Positions 36,356 through 46,196 of a stretch of DNA of 64,000 nucleotides are shown here, one piece after another. The DNA is from Terriglobia bacterium (GTDB lineage: Bacteria; Acidobacteriota; Terriglobia; 20CM-2-55-15): NCBI GenBank assembly GCA_965198265.1, contig CBDAPB010000036.1, positions 481,431-545,430 of the forward strand, written 5' to 3'. Position 1 is the stretch's first letter. Every line of letters begins with the position of its first letter. The notes under the pieces were generated by a model. That model had not been told where the DNA came from. It did no database searches and saw only the letters and a program-made list of their open reading frames with translations. Made by a program: the position numbers and the translations under genes.

Positions 36356-39283
36356 TCAGAAGGTGTATCTAATACCAAATTGTCCCTGGAACGGGTCGCG
36401 GGCCACGCTCGGTTGTCCGAACCGTGAGGACCGCTGGTTCCCGTTGTACTGGACGAAATTTTCGGCGTTGAAGATGTTGAACATTTCCCACATCACTTCG
36501 ACGCTCTGACTCTCGCCGAAAAGGAAGATCTTCGACGTCCTCAGGTCGACCACCGACAGGTTGTCGCCCCTACCGGAATTGTACTCGACGCCTGCCGGGC
36601 GATCCCGTCGCTGTCCATCGCCGTTGTCGTCCCTACCCGTCGTGATGTTGTAGGGTGGGGCCGAGGTAAACTGGGCCACCACCGCCAGTCGAATGCCGTA
36701 CGGCAGTTCGTGGGAGTAGTTTCCGATAAAGCGGTGGCGGATGTCGTTGCGCGTCGGACCCCAGTCCTGCCGGAGATTGTGATGGTTGCTCGGGCTGCTG
36801 GCGAACTCCTTGATGTCGCCAAGAGTGTAGTTCATCGAAAGGGCCCGTCCTGACGTGAATCGCTTCTCCAGGCGGACCTGGAACTGATTGGCCTTCGTGA
36901 TGTTGCTCTGATCCAGAGCCAACTCCATCCGTATCCCCGATTGGTCCAGAGGATAGATCTTGGGGAAGTCGGCTCGAGACTGGCCCGACTGGAGGACGCA
37001 GTTGGTGATGCACGCGTTGACGTTCCGGTTGAATCCCAGGTCCTGGCCGTACATGTGGATGAAGTTGAACCCGACCATCGTACCCTGTGCGACCTCGAGG
37101 TCCACTCCCCCCGAGAACTGGTGCATGAAGGGATTCGAAGTGGTCCGGCTTGGCAGCCGGACCCGGCTCGCAGCCCGTTCGGTCAGGATCGATCGATCGG
37201 GCGGGTCACCAAACGATCGCCCCCCCGGATACCCGGGGAAGAAATCGTTGGGGATGCCCGACGACCGAACATCGTTCCCGAGATTGGTTTGACGGTACCC
37301 CGCATAGTTCTGGACGACACCGCGAACCGAAGAGGTCCACAGCGAATCGTAGAATACGCCGTAACCGGCTCGGATGACGGTCCTCCCGTTGTTCTGGGGA
37401 TCCCAGGAAAGGCCCACGCGGGGGGAGAAGTTGTTCTTGTCATCCGGCACGGGCGCGAAGGGGTGACCCCGCAGGTCGCCGTTCAAGTGACGCTGCCAGA
37501 GCTCGAACTCCGGGATGTCCTCCGGGAACGGCGTCCCGTCGATGTCCCCACGCCACAGCTGCAGATCGTACCGAAGGCCGGCGTTCACGGTGAGGTTCGG
37601 AAGCACACGCCACGAGTCGTTGAGGAATACCGCGAACAAGTTCGAGTTGCGCGTGTAGGCCGCAGTGTCGAAGCCCCGGACGTCGATGCTGCCCTTGCGC
37701 AGCTCGAGGCCCTGAGTGAAGCGGAACGGGAGCGTGGAGGGATCGTTCGGATCGACTGGTAGATCCCTTCTGAAATCGAATTGCCCTTCCCTGTTCGCGC
37801 TGCTGACGTAGGTTCCGAGAACGCGGTTGGCTTCTCCTCCAAACTTGATCGAGTGATTCCCGACGTTGTAGGTCGTCGTGTTGGAGAGAATCCAGTTCTG
37901 CTGCCGGCGTCCCTGGGTGTTGTCCCGACCGAACGTGATGCTCGGGAAACGCAATTCGGGCCGAGTCTTTTGGGAGTCTCTGAAAAGCTCCTGGTCGGAC
38001 CGGTTGATCCGAAGCTCGTTCACGATGTTCGAACCGAAGAGCGACGAGAGGCTGACCGTGATGAAGTGCGAGTTGCGGTCGTCCACGTAGCCACTGTCAA
38101 ATGAGAGGTTGCCTCCGGCTGTAGTGTTTTCAATGATGCGGTTGTCGTAGACCCCCACGACCGACAGCGTGTGTTCCGGACTGATCGTGACGCTGCCCTT
38201 GCTGAAAAGGTTGTGAAACCGCCAGGGGTTGGGGACGTCGGCCGTGGTGTTGTACCCGAGGGAGTTGACGAAGCTCACCAATTGCGGCGGGATCACGACG
38301 AAAGCGACCTGGTCGGCCGAGCGCCTCTCGTAGGACACGAAAAAGTGGGCCTTGTCTTCAACGATAGGTCCCCCGATGGTCCCGCCCCACTGTTGGGACT
38401 TGAAGGGCGGCGCCACACCTGTAAAGGCGTTCGGCTTGTCGAACGCGTCGTCCCGGCGGAAATAGAAGGCGTTGCCGTGAAACTCGTTCGTGCCCGATTT
38501 CGTGACGATGTTGATCACCCCGGTGGCCGATCGGCCGAACTCGGCGGAGTAGGAGTTGGCCATCACCTGGAACTCCTGAACCGCCTCCTGAGCCAGCTGT
38601 GTGCGCGTCGCGGACGAAATCCCCGATCCTCCGCCCGTGACCTCGTCGTTGATGTCCACGCCCTCCAGCCACATCGACTTGAAGCGTTCGCCCATGCCGC
38701 CGAACGACACCGAATCGGTCAGGGTGCCGCGCGCGTCGGAAGCCTGATCGGTGACGACGCCCGGCGACAGGAGCGCCAGGTCCATGAAGTCGCGCGACTT
38801 CAAGGGCAGTTCCCTGATCTTGGTGGTGTCGATCAGGGTCTTGATCGTGTTCTCGGTGGTCTCGACCAGTGGGGCCTGCTCGGTCACCGTGATCGTCTCG
38901 ACCGTCGCCGAGACATCCAGGGCGAAGTCGATCTTCGTGTCGGATGCCGCATTGACCTTGATGCCGGGCCGGGTCACGGTCGTAAAACCGGGGAACTCGA
39001 CGGTGACGTTGTATACGACCGGCTGCAGTCCATTGAACCGGTAGGAACCCACCTCGCTAGTCAGCGCTTCGCGCGTCGCACCGGTGCCCTCGTTCAGCAA
39101 CCGGACGGTTGCTCCCGGAAGGCGGGCGCCGGTGGCGTCGGTCACGTCACCCAGGATCGAACCCACGGTCCCTTGTGAGTACGCCGGTGACCCCAGCATT
39201 GTTATTAGGATCACGGAAAAGAGCAGGAATCGGGCTGCTCGCATAGTCGGGCCCAAAGTGGCCAATAGCTGCTGATACTTCAT
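36356..39283 (-). CDS. TonB-dependent receptor (Oar-like) 4
   Basis: ATG after GGAGG; DATGARLPGA; LPLKSRDF; TKSGTNEFHG; ends QFGIRYTF. Confidence 0.92.
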   Translation of the reverse strand: MKYQQLLATLGPTMRAARFLLFSVILITMLGSPAYSQGTVGSILGDVTDATGARLPGATVRLLNEGTGATREALTSEVGSYRFNGLQPVVYNVTVEFPGFTTVTRPGIKVNAASDTKIDFALDVSATVETITVTEQAPLVETTENTIKTLIDTTKIRELPLKSRDFMDLALLSPGVVTDQASDARGTLTDSVSFGGMGERFKSMWLEGVDINDEVTGGGSGISSATRTQLAQEAVQEFQVMANSYSAEFGRSATGVINIVTKSGTNEFHGNAFYFRRDDAFDKPNAFTGVAPPFKSQQWGGTIGGPIVEDKAHFFVSYERRSADQVAFVVIPPQLVSFVNSLGYNTTADVPNPWRFHNLFSKGSVTISPEHTLSVVGVYDNRIIENTTAGGNLSFDSGYVDDRNSHFITVSLSSLFGSNIVNELRINRSDQELFRDSQKTRPELRFPSITFGRDNTQGRRQQNWILSNTTTYNVGNHSIKFGGEANRVLGTYVSSANREGQFDFRRDLPVDPNDPSTLPFRFTQGLELRKGSIDVRGFDTAAYTRNSNLFAVFLNDSWRVLPNLTVNAGLRYDLQLWRGDIDGTPFPEDIPEFELWQRHLNGDLRGHPFAPVPDDKNNFSPRVGLSWDPQNNGRTVIRAGYGVFYDSLWTSSVRGVVQNYAGYRQTNLGNDVRSSGIPNDFFPGYPGGRSFGDPPDRSILTERAASRVRLPSRTTSNPFMHQFSGGVDLEVAQGTMVGFNFIHMYGQDLGFNRNVNACITNCVLQSGQSRADFPKIYPLDQSGIRMELALDQSNITKANQFQVRLEKRFTSGRALSMNYTLGDIKEFASSPSNHHNLRQDWGPTRNDIRHRFIGNYSHELPYGIRLAVVAQFTSAPPYNITTGRDDNGDGQRRDRPAGVEYNSGRGDNLSVVDLRTSKIFLFGESQSVEVMWEMFNIFNAENFVQYNGNQRSSRFGQPSVARDPFQGQFGIRYTF

Positions 39284-39898
39284 TAGGTTTCCTCCTCGCA
39301 GGACCCTCCTGCAGACGTACAACCCTGAACAACCTTCGGGGAGATGCGTCATGCATGGAGGGGAACGGAAAATTACTAGAAATCTGCGCGGCTATCCTAC
39401 CAGCTAGGAGTCTGCAAGAATGTTTTATAATAGGGCGGCAGAAGAAACTCGGTACTCCATGTCGATGCTAAGTGCTGCGCACACACACTATGCTGTGGTC
39501 ACAATGACCCAAAATCGTTCTGCCGCGCAGACTCCTAGCGTCAAACCGGCGTAACTCGGCCTAAGGTATAAATTCAAATCGGCTTTTAGATATATTCTTA
39601 ACTACTAATAAAGTTATATGCAATGACACGGGAAGCTGTTTATCTCGCGAGATTCGCGTGCCGATTCCCGGGCGGAACCAGTATCTCGCACAAGGGGATT
39701 CCAAATCCTCTACCGGCCGCTGTGCCCGAGTCGTTCGCGTGGATCCAGCAGTCCTCCCACCGGTCTCACGCCAGCGGGGCCACAAAGATCGAGACCGGAA
39801 CCGGGCGCCTTTTCCTTTGACGCCCGGAAGCAAGTCGAGATAGGATGCCGCCTCCTTTTACACCCACACGAGCAAAGCGAAAGCCAAGAGGGGGAGTA

Positions 39899-42121
39899 AT
39901 GAACAGACGCTTCAGACGACTCACCGGGCTCGTTGTTCCAGTTAGCCTGTGTCTCGTCCTGGTGGGCTGCCAGGGACCCGAGTCGAGAACGACGGCTCCG
40001 GACCTCGCATCTCAGGCCGAGATCCGGCGCGACACTTACGGTGTTCCGCACATCCTTGCCGAAAACGAGGAGGCCGCCGCGTTTGCCGTCGGCTACGCGC
40101 AGGCCGAAGACCATATTCTCGAGATCGTCCGCCGCTATTTTGCCGCGCGCGGAGAGGAAGCCCGGTACTACGGCGGAGACGTCGAGAACGACTTCATGAT
40201 GAAGCGCTACGGGAACTACGACGTATCCCGGGAGAACTTCTCCCGTCTCACGCCCACGTTTCAGAAGGTCCTGAATGGTTTCGCCGCAGGCCTGAACTAC
40301 TACGTGGAGCGCCATCGCGCAGAGCTGCCGGACTGGGTTCCGGTCTTCGACGGCGTCGACGTCCTGACGCGCAGCCGTGCCGAAATACTCCGGTTTGCGC
40401 TTCGCGAGAGCTTCATCGCGGAGCTCCAGAACAAGTATTCGACCGATTCATCGAACCTCAAACCCCAGCCTCCACCGAACAGCGCCACGGCCACACCGGA
40501 CTGGGACGTGATGGGCTCCAACGCGTGGGTGATTGCACCCTCGCGTAGTACGTCCGGCAATCCGATCCTGATGTCGAACCCACATCAACCATGGGCGTCG
40601 CTTTACTGGGAAGCTCACATTACTGTCCCGGGCGTGATCAATATGTTCGGAAACACCTTCCTCGGATCACCGGCGCTTCGTCACGGTTTCAACGAACATC
40701 TCGGCTGGACCCATACGACCAACAGTCCCGATCTCGAGGATATTTACGCCCTGACACGCGATCCGCAAAACCCAGACAACTACATCTTCGAAGGCGAGTC
40801 GATGCCTTTGACGAAAAAGGAAATCACCGTTCAGGCCAAGACTGACGACGGCAGCCTGCGGTCCGAGACCAGAACGTACTGGTACTCACATCTCGGCCCC
40901 GTCGTGCATCAGACCGAGGACAAGACATTCGCGGTCAAGTCTGTGGTCATGGACGAGTTTCGTTTCTTCGAACAGTGGTACGAAATGGGAAAGGCCAAGA
41001 ACCTGGACGAGTTCAAAGCCACCCTCGGCAGAACCGTGATCCCTCGGTTCAATACCTTATACGGTGACGTGGAGGGCAACATCATGTACGTGTGGGCCGC
41101 CTCCCTCCCGAAGCGGATCGAGGATGGGACCGACTATCGGCTCGATGTACCGGGAGATACCGGGAAGTACGTCTGGACGGAGGTGCATGGGATCGAGGAA
41201 TTGCCGCAACTGCTCAACCCCGCGGGCGGCTATGTGCAAAGCACCAACAACCAGCCGTCGTACACCTCGTTGCGCGACCGGCTGGATCTGAACGAGTATC
41301 CCTCGACGATACGGGCATCAGAAGGAGAAGAGCTCAGCCTGCGTACGCAGATTTCGCTCCAGATGCTGGAGAGCCAGGAGAAGTTTTCGCTCGAGGACGT
41401 GGGGCGGTTTACCTTCAACACCAGGATGCCGGTGGCGGATCGTGTAAAACCCGCGCTCATCGAGGCCATCAAGCGGACGGCGCAGCCGTCGGAAGCGCTC
41501 ACGCTCGGTCTTCGAGCGCTCGAGGGCTGGGACAACCACGTGTCAGCAGAAAGCCGCGGTGGGGTGCTGTTCCAGCGCTTCTGGGATACGTACCAGGCCG
41601 CCGTTGATCAGCCCTACGCGGTGGAGTGGGACCCAAACAGGCCGATCGAGACGCCGTTGGGGTTGTCCGACCCGGCACTGGCCGTGAAGCACCTCGAGGA
41701 TGCGGTGGCCTGGACACGCGAGACCTACGGCGCCGAAGACGTTCAGTGGGGCGCAGTTCACCGCATCCGCCTCGGCGACATCGATCTCCCGGCGGATGGG
41801 GCCAGTGGCAGATACGGCCTGTTCCATAACGTCCAGTTCGGCGAAGCTGAAGACGGTACCCGCGTAGTTGGCAGGATCGAGCCGGACGGACCATTCGTCG
41901 GCGGGGCCACCGGCTGGCTGATTCTCGTCGAGTTCTCGGAGCCGATCCTCGGCTACACCCTGCTCGCCCATGGTCAGACTACGGACCTGGGGTCACCTCA
42001 CAGTACGGATCAGGTGTCGTTGTATGCCAACCACCAGCTGAAGCGGGCATGGTTTACCGAAGAGGAGATTCAAGCCAACCTGGAAAGCACCTATCGGCCC
42101 GGGGAGGAGGGTCCGAGATAG
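39899..42121 (+). CDS. Penicillin-acylase-family Ntn hydrolase, probable lipoprotein
   Basis: LVGC lipobox; IRRDTYGVPHI; GYAQAED; G|SNAW nucleophile; NPHQPW. Confidence 0.93.
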   Translation: MNRRFRRLTGLVVPVSLCLVLVGCQGPESRTTAPDLASQAEIRRDTYGVPHILAENEEAAAFAVGYAQAEDHILEIVRRYFAARGEEARYYGGDVENDFMMKRYGNYDVSRENFSRLTPTFQKVLNGFAAGLNYYVERHRAELPDWVPVFDGVDVLTRSRAEILRFALRESFIAELQNKYSTDSSNLKPQPPPNSATATPDWDVMGSNAWVIAPSRSTSGNPILMSNPHQPWASLYWEAHITVPGVINMFGNTFLGSPALRHGFNEHLGWTHTTNSPDLEDIYALTRDPQNPDNYIFEGESMPLTKKEITVQAKTDDGSLRSETRTYWYSHLGPVVHQTEDKTFAVKSVVMDEFRFFEQWYEMGKAKNLDEFKATLGRTVIPRFNTLYGDVEGNIMYVWAASLPKRIEDGTDYRLDVPGDTGKYVWTEVHGIEELPQLLNPAGGYVQSTNNQPSYTSLRDRLDLNEYPSTIRASEGEELSLRTQISLQMLESQEKFSLEDVGRFTFNTRMPVADRVKPALIEAIKRTAQPSEALTLGLRALEGWDNHVSAESRGGVLFQRFWDTYQAAVDQPYAVEWDPNRPIETPLGLSDPALAVKHLEDAVAWTRETYGAEDVQWGAVHRIRLGDIDLPADGASGRYGLFHNVQFGEAEDGTRVVGRIEPDGPFVGGATGWLILVEFSEPILGYTLLAHGQTTDLGSPHSTDQVSLYANHQLKRAWFTEEEIQANLESTYRPGEEGPR

Positions 42122-42128
42122 CGTTAGG

Positions 42129-43715
42129 TCAGTCCGCGAGTGAGAAGGCGATCAAGGCTCCTCTCGAAGCGACGGCGACATACTGCTTGCCGTCGAGGAG
42201 GTAAGTGATCGGAGCTGCGGTGATCGGTCCGCCGGTCTGGAAGTGCCACAGGTCTTCACCTGTGCCCGCGTCGAACGCAATGAGATTCCCGTCCCCGCCT
42301 GCGAAAACCAGCCCTCCTGCCGTGGAGAGGGTTCCCGCCGTCGACGGCGCCGCGTAGGGAAACTCCCATTCGATCTTCGCTGTTGCCGGATCGATGGCGC
42401 GCAGCATTCCTGAAACGGCCGTGCGGCTGCGAGTGGTGCCTCCACCGAAGTAAGGTTGGCCGGGCGCAAAACTCTCCTCCCAGTTGAAGTAGGTAGCGCA
42501 GCCCTCTCTCGCCGTCACGTAAAACAGGCCGGTATCCGGGTTGAAACTGGGAGACATCCAGTTGGTTGCGCCCTCGACATCCGGACAGATCAGCGTTCCC
42601 TGCTCGGTGGGACGAGCGTCGGGCAGCTCGACGGGACGGCCATCGTCACCTATTTCCTTCGCCCAGGTCGTGTTCACGAACGGTTTGGCAAGCAGCAACT
42701 CGCCGTTCGTTCGATCCAGCACATAAAAAAACCCGTTCCGGTTCGCCGTCAATAGAAGCTTTCGGTCGGTTCCGTCGAACGGCAGATCCGCGAGCACGGG
42801 GATCTGGGCCGAGTCCCAATCCCTGGTGTCGTGCGGTGTGAACTGGTAATACCATTCGAGCTCGCCCGTGTCCGCATCCAAAGCGACGATACTGTTACTG
42901 TAGAGGTTGTCCCCTTCGCGCTCGTCGCCGTAAAACATCGGTGCGGGATTGCCGGTCCCCCAGTAAATGAGATTCAGTTCCGGATCGTACGTCCCCGTCA
43001 GCCACGGCGAGGCTCCACCCTGTTTCCAGGACTCACCGCTCCATGTGTCACCGCCGGGCTCCCCCGGCTCGGGCACCGTCCAGAATCGCCAGGCGCGCCG
43101 ACCGGTGTTTGCGTCGTATGCGTCGATGAACCCGCGTGTCCCGTTGATCGATCCGGCAATCCCGACGACGACCTTGTCCTTGACGACCAAAGGCGCCGAA
43201 GTCGCCGAGTAGCCGAGCTCATGATCGTCGAGGACAATGCCGCCGATCGGCTCACCGGTCTTCATGTCCATTGCCAGTAGCGTGGCGTCGAGTCTTGCGA
43301 GGTACAGGCGCTCCTGGAACACGGCGAATCCACGATTGACCCACCCGCAGCAAAGGCTGAGCGTGGACGGGAGGTTCTCGACGCGGTGCCAGACTTCTCG
43401 TCCGGTCCTCGCGTCGAGAGCCCAACCGTGGTTATAGGGACCGGTGAAGTAGATGAACCCGTCGACCACCAGCGGCGTGGCCTCGAGGTTTGCGGTCAAA
43501 CCGGTCTGGAAGATCCACGCGGGTTTCAACCCGGCTACGTTTTCCCGGGTCAGTTGCTCCAGGGGGCTGTGCCGGCGGCCGGTGTAGTCACCGGAATAGG
43601 TCAGCCACCGGTCTGGATTCTTAAGCCCATCCAGCAGGTCCTGCGTCGAGATCTCCGTCGCGAAAGCAACCCCACCCAAGAGGAGAGCGACATAGACGAC
43701 ACGCCGGATCACCAT
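42129..43715 (-). CDS. PQQ-dependent dehydrogenase-like quinoprotein (methanol/ethanol family)
   Basis: EATPLVVDG; CCGWVNRG; YWGTGNP; GDNLYSNS; PHDTRDWD; GKQYVAV. Confidence 0.9.
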   Translation of the reverse strand: MVIRRVVYVALLLGGVAFATEISTQDLLDGLKNPDRWLTYSGDYTGRRHSPLEQLTRENVAGLKPAWIFQTGLTANLEATPLVVDGFIYFTGPYNHGWALDARTGREVWHRVENLPSTLSLCCGWVNRGFAVFQERLYLARLDATLLAMDMKTGEPIGGIVLDDHELGYSATSAPLVVKDKVVVGIAGSINGTRGFIDAYDANTGRRAWRFWTVPEPGEPGGDTWSGESWKQGGASPWLTGTYDPELNLIYWGTGNPAPMFYGDEREGDNLYSNSIVALDADTGELEWYYQFTPHDTRDWDSAQIPVLADLPFDGTDRKLLLTANRNGFFYVLDRTNGELLLAKPFVNTTWAKEIGDDGRPVELPDARPTEQGTLICPDVEGATNWMSPSFNPDTGLFYVTAREGCATYFNWEESFAPGQPYFGGGTTRSRTAVSGMLRAIDPATAKIEWEFPYAAPSTAGTLSTAGGLVFAGGDGNLIAFDAGTGEDLWHFQTGGPITAAPITYLLDGKQYVAVASRGALIAFSLAD

Positions 43716-44509
43716 CCCCCCTCTCCCAGGCCGGCGGCTACCGCGAGGAACCGCAGGATGTCCTCCAGTTCGGCCTCAGTCAGCCTGTCGGGTCCGTAGT
43801 CCGGCATCAACGACTTCGCTTCGGAAATGACCTCTCGAAGTTCGGTCTTCATGAACGCGCGAAGCTCCCTGTTGGCATCCAGCATCTGGATGGAGAAGGC
43901 GTCTTCATTCTTGCGCAGGCCGCCGATCCGTTCGCCTTCATTCGTCACGACCGCGACCTGCTCGTAGCCGAAGGGAACGACCTCGCTCGCATTTCGAATC
44001 GCGCGAACCAGGGCGGTTCTGGGGCGCGCACGAGCCGCAAACGTGAGGTCCGGTCCGAAGCGCCCGCCACGACCACCCACGCTGTGGCAGTTCGCGCAAC
44101 TCGCCTTTCCGAAGAACAGGCTTTCGCCGTTCGGCGCATTGCCGCCGAGGATGCGGGCCGGTCCGTTAAGGGTTCGAAGGTAAGCAATCACTCTCCGTAT
44201 CTCGGAGTCGGAAAGCGAAGACCCACCCATCTCGGTTTCGGGAATGCCGTCGCGAATGACGGCGAACAAGTCGGAATCGGTCCCACCGTGTTTCCATATA
44301 CCCCTCGTCAGGGCGGGGCTCCGATAGCCCTCGGCGTTAATACCGTGACAAGCCGCACATCGGGATCGATACAGGCGCAAGCCTTCCTCGGCGGAAACGG
44401 GGTCATCCGGCGCAGAGTCCTGAAACGCTGCTGCCGGGCCGGCGTACAAAAGGAAAATGACGCATAGAACCACGCGTAACAATCGCCGGCATGTCTCGGG
44501 CGGTCTCAT
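43709..44509 (-). CDS. Diheme c-type cytochrome with putative heme-binding C-terminal domain
   Basis: Signal peptide; CAACH and CANCH; GPDLT; SLMP; overlaps the quinoprotein start. Confidence 0.88.
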   Translation of the reverse strand: MRPPETCRRLLRVVLCVIFLLYAGPAAAFQDSAPDDPVSAEEGLRLYRSRCAACHGINAEGYRSPALTRGIWKHGGTDSDLFAVIRDGIPETEMGGSSLSDSEIRRVIAYLRTLNGPARILGGNAPNGESLFFGKASCANCHSVGGRGGRFGPDLTFAARARPRTALVRAIRNASEVVPFGYEQVAVVTNEGERIGGLRKNEDAFSIQMLDANRELRAFMKTELREVISEAKSLMPDYGPDRLTEAELEDILRFLAVAAGLGEGGW

Positions 44510-44797
44510 GGACGTCGTTCCCGCAGGCCTCCGGTATGGGGTGTTTGCACACTCCAAACCATAACGCTCGGCAATTTTCGGACGCAACAAACTTCTTCCC
44601 GGCACCGAAGACGCCGGATCGGTGAAAGCTCGACTGCGGAGCACTTTTTTGTGGATTGTTCGTGAGATAAAGCCCTACAAATAGCGGTATCAATTTTTCT
44701 TGGCCCAAATTGGCGATTCCGACAGCGCTTCGGACTGGGCCTTTCTCTTTGAAGTGCGAGCTCATTCTTTGCGTTCCGCAGTTCTGGAGGTCCCGAC

Positions 44798-45808
44798 ATG
44801 AACATCATGAGACTAAGACTCACACCTGTCCTGCTCTGCCTGCTTGCTGACTCCGGTCTCGCCCAGAACCGGACGCACGATCTTCGGCTGGAACCGCAGA
44901 ACGTCCATTGGGGCTACTACGACGCACGGGTGAGTCCGGTGCTGCGGATCGCGTCTGGCGACACGGTTCGTGTGGAGACATCGGTGGTTCGCGGCGTGGA
45001 GCGACTGAAAGCCGCTGGGGTCGCCGACGAAGAGATTCCCGAATCGCTGAAAGTGGTGGATCGCGAGGTCACGGAACGAGTGGGCGCACATGTACTGACA
45101 GGGCCGATCTACGTCGACGGTGCGGAGCCCGGCGACGCCATCGCGGTCGAGATCGTCGAGATCGAATTCCTTCACCCTTACGGCATCGCGTACTTTGTTC
45201 CGGGTTTCGGTACGCTGCCGGATGACTTTCCGTATACACGATTCAAGCTCATCCGATTCGACCCGACGAGCGGCGTTGCGGACTTCGGCTCGGGTGTCAC
45301 TTTGAGGCTCGCGCCCTTCTTCGGTTCGATCGGTGTGGCGCCGGCGTTGGGTCGTCTCCCCAGCGGACCCCCGGGGCCGCACACAGGCAACCTCGACAAC
45401 AAGGAGCTCGTCGCGGGTTCGACCCTATACCTGCCGGTCCACGCTCCCGGCGGGCTCCTCTCGTTTGGGGACGGACACGCCATACAGGGCGACGGCGAGG
45501 TCACGTTGACCGCGCTGGAAACATCCCTTCGAGGAACGGTTCGGATCTCTCTCGAAAAGGGAAAACGTCTGAACTGGCCTCGCGCCGAAACCCCGACTCA
45601 CTACATCACGATGGGGCTGAACCCGGACCTCGACGAAGCTGCGAAGCTGGCGACGCGCGAAATGGTCGATTTCCTGGTTTCCGAAAAGGGCCTGAGCCGT
45701 GACGATGCTTATTTCCTCTGCTCACTGGCGGTGGATCTGCGGGTCACTCAACTCGTCGACGGCACGAAGGGCATCCATGCGATGATCGCGAAGTCGATCT
45801 TCGAGTAG
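44798..45808 (+). CDS. Acetamidase/formamidase-family protein with signal peptide
   Basis: HVLTGPIYVDGAEPGD; GNLDNKEL; GDGHAIQGDGEV. Confidence 0.92.
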   Translation: MNIMRLRLTPVLLCLLADSGLAQNRTHDLRLEPQNVHWGYYDARVSPVLRIASGDTVRVETSVVRGVERLKAAGVADEEIPESLKVVDREVTERVGAHVLTGPIYVDGAEPGDAIAVEIVEIEFLHPYGIAYFVPGFGTLPDDFPYTRFKLIRFDPTSGVADFGSGVTLRLAPFFGSIGVAPALGRLPSGPPGPHTGNLDNKELVAGSTLYLPVHAPGGLLSFGDGHAIQGDGEVTLTALETSLRGTVRISLEKGKRLNWPRAETPTHYITMGLNPDLDEAAKLATREMVDFLVSEKGLSRDDAYFLCSLAVDLRVTQLVDGTKGIHAMIAKSIFE

Positions 45809-45810
45809 CA

Positions 45811-45935
45811 CTCCCCAAAAATGAAATTTTTGGGGAGGCGATCAGCCATCAGCTTTCAGCTGTCAGCTCAATCGGATGGGACTATCGTCCCGTTTCCGAA
45901 GTAGCTGAAGGCTGAACGCTGTCTGCTGAACGCAC
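45811..45935. repeat. Hairpin followed by inverted arrays of (GCnnTCA)/(GCTGAnn) heptamers
   Basis: CTCCCCAAAAATGAAATTTTTGGGGAG; GCGATCAGCCATCAGCTTTCAGCTGTCAGC ... GCTGAAGGCTGAACGCTGTCTGCTGAACGC. Confidence 0.7.
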
Positions 45936-46196
45936 GCTTGATCCCCAAATCTCAGAGCAAGATTCTCAAACCTGAGGATCAATCGTCTAATCGAACTCAA
46001 CGTGTCTTGTCCCGGGGACTCGAAATTCTTTGACAAGAACACGATGCGGTGCTTGAATGATCATGAAGAAAGTTCTTATTTGATAGACGATTGGACTGTT
46101 CCCTGCGCAGCAACGTTTGCTCCGTGCTCCGGCGGAGTGTCAGCGGTGGGAGTGTGTGTGATTTCTGAGCAAACAGTTCTCATGGTGCGGAAGCAA

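Noticed and set aside
36331-36359. TCAAGTCTTCAG direct repeat resembling the Rep-like element end
   Set aside because: Only 12 bp with mismatches to TCAAGACTTCTA; compatible with chance
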